The position numbers and the translations under genes are program-made. Of a stretch of DNA of 64,000 bases, positions 38,862-50,309 are shown in pieces. Every line of letters starts with the position of its first letter. The stretch's first letter is position 1. The DNA comes from Minisyncoccia bacterium. GTDB taxonomy: Bacteria > Patescibacteriota > Minisyncoccia > UBA6257 > 2-01-FULL-56-20. The stretch is taken from contig JBEKRC010000004.1 of the NCBI GenBank assembly GCA_049997875.1, forward strand, positions 8,928-72,927. The letters are read 5' to 3'. Under the pieces are notes generated by a model. It was given only the letters and a program-made list of their open reading frames with translations, was not told the DNA's origin and ran no database searches.

Positions 38862-41282
38862 TTATACTTCCTTCTTTCTCTCCCCCACCGAATGACCGCC
38901 GAAGCGGCTGCGGAGCGCGGAGAGGATTCGACCCGTATAGCTCGGCGCTTTTCGGGAACGCATGCGGAATTTGAACGCATCTTCTATCGCCGGCAGTTTC
39001 ACGCGCCACTTGCGGCCGGTCTTTAGGGTCCATTCACCCTCGCCGGTCGCGGCGACCGTGCCAGATACCGCATGTAGCTCCTTGCCATAAATGCGGAACG
39101 CGTCTTCCATCCAGCCAACGAGGCGCGATTCAATGACGCTGCCACGGTTGTATACGCGCGCAATCTTCTCAAGATCAAACTTGAATGGCGATTTTTTCAT
39201 GAGCGCGAAACCTTCCGCCAAGGACTGCATCATGCCGTATTCAATGCCGTTGTGGACCATCTTTACGAAATGGCCTGCGCCCGCATCGCCGAAATACGCG
39301 TAGCCCAAGGGCACGGAGAGGTCGGCGAAGAGCGGCTCCAGATATTCAAATGTTTTGCGGTCGCCGCCGATCATGAGCGAGCCGCCGTAGCGCGCGCCGT
39401 GCGGGCCGCCCGAGAAGCCCACATCCACAAACCGAATGCCGCGCTTGCCGAGAAGCTTCGCCCGCCGCACGCTGTCCTCAAAGAACGAATTGCCGGCGTC
39501 TATCACGATGTCGCCTTTTTGGAGGTGCGTCACAATGCCATTCCTGCTCCGTCCCGCGCCGAAGAGAAATTCGTCCACTCCTTTTCCGGCGGTGATCATG
39601 AGCCAGATCACGCGCGGCGAATGTCTTCGCGGCACCGCGAGCTCCGCCGCGAGTTCTGCGAGAGAATACGCCGCCTCAAAACCTTCTCCCTCCAGCTGTT
39701 GCAAGGACTCCGGCGAGCGATTGGCTGCGATGACGCGCCATCCTTTATCGCGCAGCTGCCATGCCACGTTCGCACCCATCTTCCCGAGCCCGAAAATGCC
39801 TATTTCCTTCGGAAGCGCCGAGGTCCCATTTCTTTCCGCCGCGTCATCAAATGCCGCCGCTTCGGCGACAATCTTACGGCCGCCCGGCGCGTAGTGCCGC
39901 AGCGGGACCAAGTTCTTTTTCCACGCAATGATGAACGGGTCTATGAACTTCCACATCGCGGCGATCTCCTCGCTTGAGACAAAGAGCGTCTGGTCGCCCG
40001 CGATGCAGTCCAAAATCAGTTTTTCGTATTCCTCGGTATATTGAGCATGAAGAACGGTTTTCCGAAAATCAAAATTAAATGTCCGTTCTTCAAACTCAAA
40101 CTTGTGTCCCGGCTTTTTGGAATGAAACTTGATGGTGATCCCCTCGGTCGGTTCAAGGTGAATGAAAATGCGGTTATGATGATGTTCGTTCCCTATGCAA
40201 AGGCAGGGCTGTTCGTGGCGCAGCACAATCTCTATCTCTTTGATCGGCTCGCCGAGGCGCTTCCCGCTTTCCATGACGAGCGGCATTCCCTCCCACCGCG
40301 CGCCGGTGAGGAATCCTTTGATACGAAAGTACGTTTCGGTTCTTGAACGGGGAGAAACGCCGGGTACGGAACGGTAGCCGTCGTATTGCGCGCGGAACGA
40401 GTTCTTTGCGGCTTCGCGGGGCGTCTGAATGACGAGGCGCCTCAAAAGCTCCGCGCGGAGCGGACGGATCGCTTGGGCGTCGTACCGCGCGGGCCGTTCC
40501 ATGGCAACGAGCGCGAGCATCTGCAGAAGATGGTTCTGTCCCACATCTTGTAGAGCGCCCACGTGGTCGTAGAATGGGCCGCGTCCCTCGACGCCGATTT
40601 TCTCAAACAGGCGGATGTGCACGCGCGCTATCGTACGGCTCGTCCATTCGTTTTCAAAAAGATCGTTCGCGAACCGGAACATCAGAATATTCTGCAACAT
40701 CTCCTTCGCCAGATAATGGTCTATCCGATACACTTGTTCCTCCCGAAAGAGCTTTGTCAGTTGGGCATCAAGCGCCTTCGCACTCTTCTCATTGTTGCCG
40801 AACGGCTTTTCCACAATTACGCGCGTCCATCCCTCGTTCGGACCGCAGCCGTCGGTCAGATGGCTGCGGTGCAGGTGGGCAAGGATGAGCGAATAAAACT
40901 GCGGCGGGACCGAAAGATAAAAAAGTTTGTTCGCGCACATGCCCCACGCATCGTCAATATTTTTCAAAAGATCGTTGAGCGCCAGGTAGTCCTCCGGAGA
41001 ATCAAACGCCAACCGATGGTACGCGGCAAGGTCAAGGAACGATCGTACGGTTGCGGCGGGCGCGTGCGATGTCCTCTCTTTAAGAATGGTGCGGAGGTGC
41101 GTACGGAGATCGTCGTCGCCCCACGCGCGCCTTGAAACGCCTACGAGTTTGAACTTTGGCGGCAGCTGCTTTTTTGCATGCAAATTAAAAAGCGCCGGCA
41201 CGATCTTTTTCGCCATAAGGTCGCCCGTGGCGCCCAAGACCACGAGAATGGTAGGAATGGTTTGTTTCCGCTCATCTATCAT
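38862..41282 (-). CDS. zwf-gnd: Fusion of glucose-6-phosphate dehydrogenase (Zwf) and short-type 6-phosphogluconate dehydrogenase (Gnd)
   Basis: N-half GATGDL, EKPFG, RIDHYLAKE; C-half GLGKMG, DAGNS, GHFVKMVHNGIEYG; one 806-aa ORF. Confidence 0.93.
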   Translation of the reverse strand: MIDERKQTIPTILVVLGATGDLMAKKIVPALFNLHAKKQLPPKFKLVGVSRRAWGDDDLRTHLRTILKERTSHAPAATVRSFLDLAAYHRLAFDSPEDYLALNDLLKNIDDAWGMCANKLFYLSVPPQFYSLILAHLHRSHLTDGCGPNEGWTRVIVEKPFGNNEKSAKALDAQLTKLFREEQVYRIDHYLAKEMLQNILMFRFANDLFENEWTSRTIARVHIRLFEKIGVEGRGPFYDHVGALQDVGQNHLLQMLALVAMERPARYDAQAIRPLRAELLRRLVIQTPREAAKNSFRAQYDGYRSVPGVSPRSRTETYFRIKGFLTGARWEGMPLVMESGKRLGEPIKEIEIVLRHEQPCLCIGNEHHHNRIFIHLEPTEGITIKFHSKKPGHKFEFEERTFNFDFRKTVLHAQYTEEYEKLILDCIAGDQTLFVSSEEIAAMWKFIDPFIIAWKKNLVPLRHYAPGGRKIVAEAAAFDDAAERNGTSALPKEIGIFGLGKMGANVAWQLRDKGWRVIAANRSPESLQQLEGEGFEAAYSLAELAAELAVPRRHSPRVIWLMITAGKGVDEFLFGAGRSRNGIVTHLQKGDIVIDAGNSFFEDSVRRAKLLGKRGIRFVDVGFSGGPHGARYGGSLMIGGDRKTFEYLEPLFADLSVPLGYAYFGDAGAGHFVKMVHNGIEYGMMQSLAEGFALMKKSPFKFDLEKIARVYNRGSVIESRLVGWMEDAFRIYGKELHAVSGTVAATGEGEWTLKTGRKWRVKLPAIEDAFKFRMRSRKAPSYTGRILSALRSRFGGHSVGERKKEV

Positions 41283-41325
41283 AAGACTATAAGCATGTAC
41301 CGTGCTTTAATATTATATACGAACC

Positions 41326-41952
41326 ATGCGAAAAGCACTCACCAAATCATTCTACGACAGGCCGACGCTTGCGGTCGCGAAGACGCTCCTCGGCAAGTAC
41401 CTCGTGCGACGCTATCGCGGGAAAACGATCGCGCTCATGGTGACCGAGGTGGAAGCATACGACGGACCGCGCGATATGGCCTCGCACGCGAGCCGCGGCC
41501 GCACGCCGCGCAACCACCTGATGTTCGGCGAGGCCGGCCGTTTCTATGTGTATTTCACTTACGGGATGCACTGGCTTGCGAATATCGTGACGGGGCCGGG
41601 CGGCTATCCCGCAGCCGTCCTCATCCGCGCCGGTGTCTCTAAAGATCCTCGGACAGGCGCGCTGCGTGAGGTGCACGGCCCCGCACGCGTCACAAAATTT
41701 TTACACATCGGCACCGCTGAGAACGGCAAACACGCTTCAAAAAGAAACGGCCTCTGGTTTGAGGACCGAAGCGTAATAATTCCCCGCAAAGCAATCGTCG
41801 CCCGAAAGCGCGTCGGCGTGGATTACGCCGGTCCCGTCTGGGCAAACAAAAAATATAACTTCGCGTTACGGGACTCCACGCTTCGCCGCATGCTTATTTT
41901 TTCTGCTCGTCCTTCTTCCCGTGCTTCCCGTCCTCGCAGTCGCACTCGCTAA
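41326..41952 (+). CDS. DNA-3-methyladenine glycosylase (MPG/Aag)
   Basis: EVEAYDG, YVYFTYGMH, AVLIRA, GPA, RVGV. Confidence 0.92.
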   Translation: MRKALTKSFYDRPTLAVAKTLLGKYLVRRYRGKTIALMVTEVEAYDGPRDMASHASRGRTPRNHLMFGEAGRFYVYFTYGMHWLANIVTGPGGYPAAVLIRAGVSKDPRTGALREVHGPARVTKFLHIGTAENGKHASKRNGLWFEDRSVIIPRKAIVARKRVGVDYAGPVWANKKYNFALRDSTLRRMLIFSARPSSRASRPRSRTR

Positions 41953-42046
41953 GCAGCTCGCCATGCTTTGAACACGTGGGCGTTTGGCACGTTCCCGGCT
42001 TTTCCGAAACTCCGGCGCACTCACCGGTGCAAATGTAGTGTTTCAT
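41894..42046 (-). CDS. Small Cys/His-rich protein (50 aa)
   Basis: MKHYICTGECAGVSEKPGTCQTPTCSKHGELLSECDCEDGKHGKKDEQKK; 15 nt after the upstream co-oriented stop. Confidence 0.7.
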   Translation of the reverse strand: MKHYICTGECAGVSEKPGTCQTPTCSKHGELLSECDCEDGKHGKKDEQKK

Positions 42047-42061
42047 AAAAATTAACTTATG

Positions 42062-42538
42062 TTAAGATTCTCGCCTCTTTATCAAGGTTACCTTGCACCC
42101 CTTTCCGCCTTCTCCCTCTGAAACATTCACCTCGCTGCAATATTTCCTCATGAGAAAAAGGCCTCGACCGCTTCCCTTAAGCAGGTTCTCTTGAGCAATA
42201 GGGTCGGGAACCTCACTAATATTGAATCCTTTCCCTTTGTCCTCAACGGCGACTTCGGCTTCTTTTCTCCCAAGATTCCAGGTGACCGTTATCTTCTTTC
42301 CCCTTTTTTCCTCTGCGGCACTGCCCTCGTTGCCATGCTGTACCGCATTTATAAACGCTTCGTGCCCGGCATCCACGAATTCCTGCGTTTCTTTCTCGCT
42401 CCAGTCTAAACCGCGCTGCAACTCCCCCCCGACAGCAGTCCACAGCTCGCTATCTGCCCCCGCAACGCTTTCGAAAACTTGATGTCCCGTTCTGGGAAAA
42501 CTCTCCGCCAGATTCATTTGAGGATCACCTTTCACCAT
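42062..42538 (-). CDS. RsbW/SpoIIAB-like anti-sigma Ser/Thr kinase (HATPase_c)
   Basis: EAFINAVQHGN, VEDKGKGF, GRGLFLM. Confidence 0.85.
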   Translation of the reverse strand: MVKGDPQMNLAESFPRTGHQVFESVAGADSELWTAVGGELQRGLDWSEKETQEFVDAGHEAFINAVQHGNEGSAAEEKRGKKITVTWNLGRKEAEVAVEDKGKGFNISEVPDPIAQENLLKGSGRGLFLMRKYCSEVNVSEGEGGKGCKVTLIKRRES

Positions 42539-42545
42539 TTGGATC

Positions 42546-43013
42546 CTATTTGAAGTTCACCGGCACGCGAAGTTCCTCGGCGTTCTGCGGCAGGCCAGAT
42601 GGGTTGTCTTTGGCGAGCACAACGGTTCCCGTCGCATATTTGGGCGTGGTAAATGGAATGCTCACCGCGAAGGGTACCGTGCCGGTCGTCGTCCAATCGC
42701 TTTGCGCCTGTGCGGGACCCCCGCCAAGCTCCGTACCGTCACCATCTAAAATCCGTACTGGAAACGATGCCTCAAAGAACCATCCGCCGCCGGTCACGGT
42801 TCCCGCGACCGCGAGAGGCGAAGAGATAAGCACGTTCGGGAGTGGCGACGTTACAACGACGCGCCCATCGGGCGAGGTGGCCGGTGCGGAGTTCTTGCCC
42901 GTGGGCACCGTGGGTCCCTGGACCGGCTTCACAAATACAAGCACACTGAGAAGAACCACGATGATAACCGCGAAAGCGACCACGATTATTTTCAATTTCT
43001 TGAGCGTCGGCAT
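42546..43013 (-). CDS. Membrane-anchored Gmad2 Ig-like domain protein
   Basis: N-terminal TM; SPL.V.G...WFFEASFPV...DNPSG. Confidence 0.8.
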   Translation of the reverse strand: MPTLKKLKIIVVAFAVIIVVLLSVLVFVKPVQGPTVPTGKNSAPATSPDGRVVVTSPLPNVLISSPLAVAGTVTGGGWFFEASFPVRILDGDGTELGGGPAQAQSDWTTTGTVPFAVSIPFTTPKYATGTVVLAKDNPSGLPQNAEELRVPVNFK

Positions 43014-43022
43014 GTTATTTCC

Positions 43023-43289
43023 CTACGGGAGCGCCCCTTCGCGCCGCAACATCATTATCTTCTTTTTGCGGCCCCATGCAAATCCGCCCGGATCGCCGTC
43101 CGAGCGCACTACGCGATGGCACGGCACCTTGGGATTCCGGTTCTTATTCAAGATATTCCCGACCGCACGGTATGCCCGCGGGCTCCCCGCCCGCCGCGCG
43201 ACCTCCTTATAGGTGAGCGTCTGCCCGCGCGGAATCTTCGCAACAACCGCGTATACTTTTTCAGAAAAAGATTTTTGGGAGGTCTTCAT
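43023..43289 (-). CDS. O6-alkylguanine DNA alkyltransferase (MGMT family, single domain)
   Basis: IPRGQTLTY, RAVG, PCHRV active site. Confidence 0.9.
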   Translation of the reverse strand: MKTSQKSFSEKVYAVVAKIPRGQTLTYKEVARRAGSPRAYRAVGNILNKNRNPKVPCHRVVRSDGDPGGFAWGRKKKIMMLRREGALP

Positions 43290-43293
43290 AAAA

Positions 43294-43596
43294 TTAAGAT
43301 TCGTCTAGGATGATCCTCTTCTTGAACCGTCCCCGCTCTTCCGCTTTTTTCTCTCCCATCTTCACTATTCTTTTCCAATTAAACTTTTTGTAATCCGCAA
43401 TGGCACCAATTACTTCGAGAAGATCGGCGAATTCCTCGGGACTTTCGTTATGCTCAAATTCTTTGATCTCTTCATACAGCTTCTCCTTCAACTTCTTCCA
43501 ATATTCCGCCCGAGTTGCCACATGATAAACCGGCTTCCCGCCCCTTTTGCGGATGTGTTCGGGGATCTTGTCGCGTACGAGCTTGTTATATTTCAT
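43294..43596 (-). CDS. MazG-like NTP pyrophosphohydrolase
   Basis: YNKLVRDKIPE...KLYEEIKEF...EEFADLLEV. Confidence 0.85.
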   Translation of the reverse strand: MKYNKLVRDKIPEHIRKRGGKPVYHVATRAEYWKKLKEKLYEEIKEFEHNESPEEFADLLEVIGAIADYKKFNWKRIVKMGEKKAEERGRFKKRIILDES

Positions 43597-43720
43597 CCGT
43601 TTCTTTCCTAGGATACCATAAAAATAGATTGTTATGGCCGCAATTCAGCCATCGGAGCACCCAGCTTGAGTATCGGACTGAGAGGCATCTAATTTTTCTT
43701 AATCTGATAGAATTGAGGTA

Positions 43721-45388
43721 ATGGAGCGGGAAACGCGGGCGTGTGAGGACTGCAAAAACCAGTTCGCAATTGAGCCGGAGGATTTTGATTTTTATAAGAA
43801 AATGGGGGCTCAACCTCCAAGCATCTGTCCGAACTGTCGCTTTAAATGGCGAGCGCTCTATCGCAACGAACGTACTTTGTATAACTCCAGGTGCGGTCTA
43901 TGCGGGAAAACCATCATCTCCGCGTATAATCCCCGATCACCATACACGGCGTACTGCACGAAGTGCTTTGATTCAGACAATTGGGACCGATTCTCGTTCA
44001 ACGTCGATTTCGATTTCAAAAAGCCATTCTTTGAGCAACTCGGAGAACTTTTCAGAAAAACACCAAAGCAAGCCCTCTACATCACCCACAGCCCCACGAA
44101 CGTAAACAGCGAGTACATCAACTACGCCGGGCCATATGAAAAAAACTGCTATCTCGTCTCCAACTCCGGCGAAGGAGAAGAGGTGCTCTACTCCCGTGGT
44201 ATGCGGCATTGTAAATATGCTTCGGACCTTTACTACGCAACGTTTTTGGAAGATTGCTACGAATGCATCAATGGCCATCATTCCTCGCGCGTGTATCACG
44301 GGCAAAACGTAAGCGGCAGCATTGACTGCGCCTATGTCGCGAATTGCAGCGGGTGCACCCACTGCTTCGGGTGCGTGAATTTACGCAATCAAAAATATCA
44401 CTTTTTCAACGAACAACTTTCCAGGGAAGAATACGAGAGGAAGGTGCGTGAGATCTTGGGGAGTTACTCAAAAATGCAAGAGGCCGAGCAACGCTTTGAG
44501 CAATTTGCACTACAATTTCCGCAACGCGAGAATCAAAATCTGAAATCGGTGAATTGCATCGGTGACTATCTCACTGAATCGAAAAATACGAAGTATTCGT
44601 TCGAAGACACGAACTGTGAAGATTGCAAGCATGCCTTTTTCAGCAAGAATATGAAGGACTCTTACGACACCACTGGCTACGGATACAGTAGCGAGCTATT
44701 GCTCTCCGTCGCGGCGGCGGGATACTCCAACCGCGTTATTGGATCGGCGCTCATCTCCGCCAGCCACGATATTGATTACTCACTCGCGCTCAATACCTGC
44801 AATAACTGCATCGGCTGCGACGGCCTCAAAAACGCGGAATTTTGTTTGTTGAACAAGAAATATCCAGAAGTGGAATATAAGCGCATCAGAGAACACATTA
44901 TTAAAGAATTGAAGGGAAAGAACAGTTATGGTCTCCCGTTGCCTCCGGAGATCGGTCTCTTCGCCTACAACGAAACGATTGGGCAAGACAATTTGCCAAT
45001 GACCAAGGAAGAAGCGCTCGCACAGGGACTTGGATGGCAGGACGACGTGCAAACGACAAAGGGAAAGGAAACTATGCCGCTCGAAAAGATTCCGGACCAT
45101 ATCCGTGACGTTTCCGAATCTATTATCAAAGAAATTCTTGCATGTGCGGAGTGCGGCAGAAATTACCGCATCATTCCGCAGGAGCTACTCCTCTATAAAC
45201 GGCTTATCATCCCAATACCGCGAAAATGTTTCAACTGCCGTCACATGGCGAGGATCAAGAAGCGGGGACCGTTTACCCTCTACGATCGTCGGTGTGGTCG
45301 GTGCGGAAAAGATATCAAAACAAACTTTGCGCCGGAGAGGCCCGAAATCGTCTATTGTGAGCAGTGTTATCAGGCAGAGGTGATATAA
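43721..45388 (+). CDS. Cys-rich multi-zinc-finger hypothetical protein (CPR-type)
   Basis: Four CxxC pairs at each terminus (ends IVYCEQCY) and a central Cys-periodic repeat region. Confidence 0.8.
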   Translation: MERETRACEDCKNQFAIEPEDFDFYKKMGAQPPSICPNCRFKWRALYRNERTLYNSRCGLCGKTIISAYNPRSPYTAYCTKCFDSDNWDRFSFNVDFDFKKPFFEQLGELFRKTPKQALYITHSPTNVNSEYINYAGPYEKNCYLVSNSGEGEEVLYSRGMRHCKYASDLYYATFLEDCYECINGHHSSRVYHGQNVSGSIDCAYVANCSGCTHCFGCVNLRNQKYHFFNEQLSREEYERKVREILGSYSKMQEAEQRFEQFALQFPQRENQNLKSVNCIGDYLTESKNTKYSFEDTNCEDCKHAFFSKNMKDSYDTTGYGYSSELLLSVAAAGYSNRVIGSALISASHDIDYSLALNTCNNCIGCDGLKNAEFCLLNKKYPEVEYKRIREHIIKELKGKNSYGLPLPPEIGLFAYNETIGQDNLPMTKEEALAQGLGWQDDVQTTKGKETMPLEKIPDHIRDVSESIIKEILACAECGRNYRIIPQELLLYKRLIIPIPRKCFNCRHMARIKKRGPFTLYDRRCGRCGKDIKTNFAPERPEIVYCEQCYQAEVI

Positions 45389-45399
45389 CCCCCGACAAC

Positions 45400-45810
45400 T
45401 TATACCTCGTACAAGCCGTCGAAATCGGCGAAGATAAGCCGGACGTTAAGGCCGGGAATGCGATTGCGAATGATCTCTCCCGCCTTTTTGAGCATGTCCT
45501 CATAGAACGCGCGGTCGTTGTTCCCGTCGCATGCGGCACAGTTCATATGCGCCATTGCGTAGAGCGTGGTGAAACCGTGTCCCATGAGCACTTCAATCTG
45601 CTCAAGGACAAACTCACGATCGCGCGGCTCTTTCGGTGTTACGAGCGGCTTCACTCCGCCCGGCACAAGGATAGGGTCGGGCATGTGGAAGGTGCCAGCC
45701 TGCGCGAACGTATGGCGCACTTCTTCGAACCTCTGATCGCAACACCAGAGAAACGCCTCGCTGTTATGATAATGCTCACTCGGCGATCGGTAATCAAAAA
45801 TCTTCTTCAT
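45400..45810 (-). CDS. Beta-carbonic-anhydrase-like protein
   Basis: CCDQRF, PGG and HMNCAA zinc-ligand pattern (CxDxR...HxxC). Confidence 0.65.
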   Translation of the reverse strand: MKKIFDYRSPSEHYHNSEAFLWCCDQRFEEVRHTFAQAGTFHMPDPILVPGGVKPLVTPKEPRDREFVLEQIEVLMGHGFTTLYAMAHMNCAACDGNNDRAFYEDMLKKAGEIIRNRIPGLNVRLIFADFDGLYEV

Positions 45811-45811
45811 C

Positions 45812-46060
45812 CTATTTGCCCTCCTCAACGAGAAATCTCGCTTCATTCCCCGAGCGGACTTCCAAAAAACCGGAGCTCACGGGAATATAGTGCTCTTTTT
45901 GGTTATTATCAACAATTTTCATCGTTCCCTTGCTCAAAACGGAGATGAGCGGCCGGTGGTGGTTCAAAATGGTGATCTCGCCTATCCGCGTGCGGCAATT
46001 CACCAAAGACGCCTCGCCCTGAAACAACACCTTTTGCAATGAATAGACGCCGATTCTCAT
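45812..46060 (-). CDS. atpC: ATP synthase epsilon subunit (beta-sandwich only)
   Basis: GEITILNHHRPLIS, SGFLEV; follows atpD. Confidence 0.9.
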   Translation of the reverse strand: MRIGVYSLQKVLFQGEASLVNCRTRIGEITILNHHRPLISVLSKGTMKIVDNNQKEHYIPVSSGFLEVRSGNEARFLVEEGK

Positions 46061-46065
46061 GATTG

Positions 46066-47460
<1,395 letters not shown>

Positions 47461-47463
47461 TTA

Positions 47464-48396
47464 TTACGATGCCTGCGTGCCAGACGTGATCTCAATGATC
47501 TCCCGCGTGATGTTTGCCTGGCGTGATTTATTGTATTCCATGTTGAGGTCCTCCGAAAGTTCGGAGGCGTTATCCGAAGCGTTCTTCATCGCCACGCGCC
47601 GCGCGGAATGCTCCGAGGCGTTCGCCTCCAAAATCGCGTGGTAGATACGGATTCTCAACAGCTCTGGCGCAAGTTCCGCAAGTACTTCTTTCGGCGACGG
47701 CTCGATAAGATATTCCCGTTCTTTTTCCTCAAGGAACGATTCCGATCTTGCATACTGGGAATACCGCCCGGCGCGCGGAATGGTCTCTTCAATGGATTGC
47801 TTGATCACCTCGTACCCGATGGGCAAGAACTCACGCGCGACGGCGTCCTGCCGCAGCGCGGTCACGAATGTGGTGAAGAACACGACCACACTGTCAAAAT
47901 CGTGCCTTAAAAATCCTTCAATCAAAAAATTGGAAATGGGCTCCACCTCTTCCCGCTTCGTATAATCGCCCACGCGCGTGAAGGTCCCAACCACATTGAG
48001 TTTTCGCCGCTCAAGATAGCTCTTCGCTTTCTGGCCAACCGCAACAAAAGCATATTGCGGATTGTGCGGATCAATATGTTCTGATCGGAGAAAATGTTCA
48101 AATCTTCTGATAACAGCGCTGTTGAACGAGCCCGCAAGCCCTTTATCGGAGGTCACAATCATGAATGCCGTTTTTATGACCGGCCGCGCAACGAGAAGCT
48201 CCGGCATTGGCACGTCTTTAAGTTCGGAAAGAATACCCAAAAGTTCCAGCGCGGTATAGGCATACGGCCGTGAAGTGAGCGCAAGTTCCTGCGCACGGCG
48301 CATCTTTGTGGCCGCCACAAGTTCCATCGCCTTCGTAATCTGCCCGATATTCTGGACGCTCTTTATGCGCCGCTTGAGATTCTGTGCCGATTCCAT
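47464..48396 (-). CDS. atpG: ATP synthase gamma subunit
   Basis: ITKAMELVA, SDKGLAGSFN, RQANITREIIEI. Confidence 0.98.
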   Translation of the reverse strand: MESAQNLKRRIKSVQNIGQITKAMELVAATKMRRAQELALTSRPYAYTALELLGILSELKDVPMPELLVARPVIKTAFMIVTSDKGLAGSFNSAVIRRFEHFLRSEHIDPHNPQYAFVAVGQKAKSYLERRKLNVVGTFTRVGDYTKREEVEPISNFLIEGFLRHDFDSVVVFFTTFVTALRQDAVAREFLPIGYEVIKQSIEETIPRAGRYSQYARSESFLEEKEREYLIEPSPKEVLAELAPELLRIRIYHAILEANASEHSARRVAMKNASDNASELSEDLNMEYNKSRQANITREIIEITSGTQAS

Positions 48397-49923
48397 TTAT
48401 TTGGTGAGAAAGCGCATGATGGCTTCTTTTAATTTCGCTTCCGTTGCGTCGGAGAAATCGCCTGTATCGCGGATCGGTTTTAAAATGTCGTTCTCGTGGA
48501 GCTTCGCTAAATAGTCCAGCAAGCCGTATTCGGTTTTTTTGATATCTTCCACTGCGACGTTCTCAAAATAGTTGTTGAGCACCGCGTAGAAGACGCATAC
48601 CTGCTTCTCGAACGGCACAGGCGCAAGGTCTTCCTGCTTCAAAACCTCGTTGATTTTCTGGCCTTGCGCGATTTTCTTTTTCGTCGCTTCGTCCACGTCG
48701 GTCGCGAACTGCACGAATGCCTGGAGCTCGCGGAATTGCGCGTGGGCAAGGCGCAGCTTGCCGGCCACTTTTTTCATCGCTTTCGTCTGCGCGGTAGAAC
48801 CCACGCGCGAAACGGAGATACCGACGTTCAGTGCCGGGCGCAAGCCCTGGTAAAAGAGGTCGGATTCCAGATAGATCTGCCCGTCCGTGATGGAAATGAT
48901 GTTGGTCGGAATATATGCCGTCACGTCGCCGAGCTGCGTCTCAACGATCGGCAACGCGGTCAGGGATCCGCCGCCTTTTTCCTTGGAAAGTTTCGCGGCG
49001 CGTTCAAGCAAACGCGAGTGCAAGTAGAAAATGTCGCCCGGATATGCCTCACGGCCTGGCGGGCGCCGGAGCAGGAGTGAAATCTGCCGGTACGCCCACG
49101 CATGTTTTGAAAGATCGTCGTAAATGACGAGCGCATCTTGGCCCTTGTCGCGGAAGTATTCCCCTATCGCGCAGCCGGCATAGGGCGCGAGGTACCATAA
49201 GGCCGCGGGCGAGGATGCCGACGCCGCGATGATAATGGTGTATTTCAATGCATCAAATTTTTTCAGCGTTTCCGCGATCCTCACGATCTTGGATTCTTTC
49301 TGCCCGATCGCCACATAAATACAAATAGGGGTGCGCCGCGTTTTGTCGTTCAATTGATTTAAAATAGCGTCCAGTGCGAGCGCCGTTTTCCCCACCTGCC
49401 GGTCGCCGATGATAAGCTCACGCTGGCCGCGGCCGATCGGAATCATAGAGTCAATGGCCTTGAGGCCGGTATGGAGCGGCGTGTTCACCGATTCTCTTTC
49501 CAAGACCGACGGCGAGTGTCCCTCAAGCGGATTCCTCTGCGGTTTCGCGTTAGTTTTAAAAACGGGTCCACGCCCGTCCAGCGGCACGCCCAACGGATTC
49601 ACCACGCGGCCGATAAGTTCCTCGCCCACCTCAATGGAGAGCACCTGGCCGGTGCGTTTCACCGTATCCCCGACCTCAATCGTCAAAAAGTCGTCAAGTA
49701 CCAAAGCGCCGATGGATTCCTCTTCAAGGTTCAGTGCAAGTGCCGCACGCGTGCCCTGTGTGGTTTCAATTGCCAAAATTTCTTGGCTCACCGCGTTTCG
49801 GAGACCCAGGATCTTCACGATGCCGTCGCCCACCTCAATCACGCGGCCGATTTCCTGCCATTCAAGCTTTTCTTTGTATCCCTCAATCTCCCGTTTTAGT
49901 TTTTCTATTATTTCGTAAGACAT
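48397..49923 (-). CDS. atpA: ATP synthase alpha subunit
   Basis: [18 protein letters not shown]. Confidence 0.99.
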   Translation of the reverse strand: MSYEIIEKLKREIEGYKEKLEWQEIGRVIEVGDGIVKILGLRNAVSQEILAIETTQGTRAALALNLEEESIGALVLDDFLTIEVGDTVKRTGQVLSIEVGEELIGRVVNPLGVPLDGRGPVFKTNAKPQRNPLEGHSPSVLERESVNTPLHTGLKAIDSMIPIGRGQRELIIGDRQVGKTALALDAILNQLNDKTRRTPICIYVAIGQKESKIVRIAETLKKFDALKYTIIIAASASSPAALWYLAPYAGCAIGEYFRDKGQDALVIYDDLSKHAWAYRQISLLLRRPPGREAYPGDIFYLHSRLLERAAKLSKEKGGGSLTALPIVETQLGDVTAYIPTNIISITDGQIYLESDLFYQGLRPALNVGISVSRVGSTAQTKAMKKVAGKLRLAHAQFRELQAFVQFATDVDEATKKKIAQGQKINEVLKQEDLAPVPFEKQVCVFYAVLNNYFENVAVEDIKKTEYGLLDYLAKLHENDILKPIRDTGDFSDATEAKLKEAIMRFLTK

Positions 49924-50309
49924 TATTGAAATAACTTGTCCAATTTCCCCTTGAGCGAGCCGTCAAACTGAAGTTCGTCGTTGATCAAGACCCTCACTCC
50001 CGCCACGAGCTCCGGATCTATCTTTTCCTCAATAACGTCGCCCTGTTTCGTGAGCGCCCGGAGCGCTCGCTTCTGCGTTGCGGGAAGCGACCGCGCCGTC
50101 TCTATCGTCATTTTCCGTACCCCGCTTTTTCCCCGCACGAACCGCGCCGCTTCTTCCACAAGCTTCCGCAGATGCGCTTCGTCGCCGTTCTGCCGCACGA
50201 GCGCGATGAACCGCCTGACAATTGCGTCCTGCGCCGCACCACTCTCTCCTTTCGCGGCCACGATCACTTCGGCAAGCGCTTTCGCGTAAATGTGGGCGGG
50301 GTATTTCAT
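49923..50309 (-). CDS. atpH: ATP synthase delta subunit (short)
   Basis: YAKAL..., IDPELVAGV...DGSLKGKL; operon position. Confidence 0.9.
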   Translation of the reverse strand: MKYPAHIYAKALAEVIVAAKGESGAAQDAIVRRFIALVRQNGDEAHLRKLVEEAARFVRGKSGVRKMTIETARSLPATQKRALRALTKQGDVIEEKIDPELVAGVRVLINDELQFDGSLKGKLDKLFQ

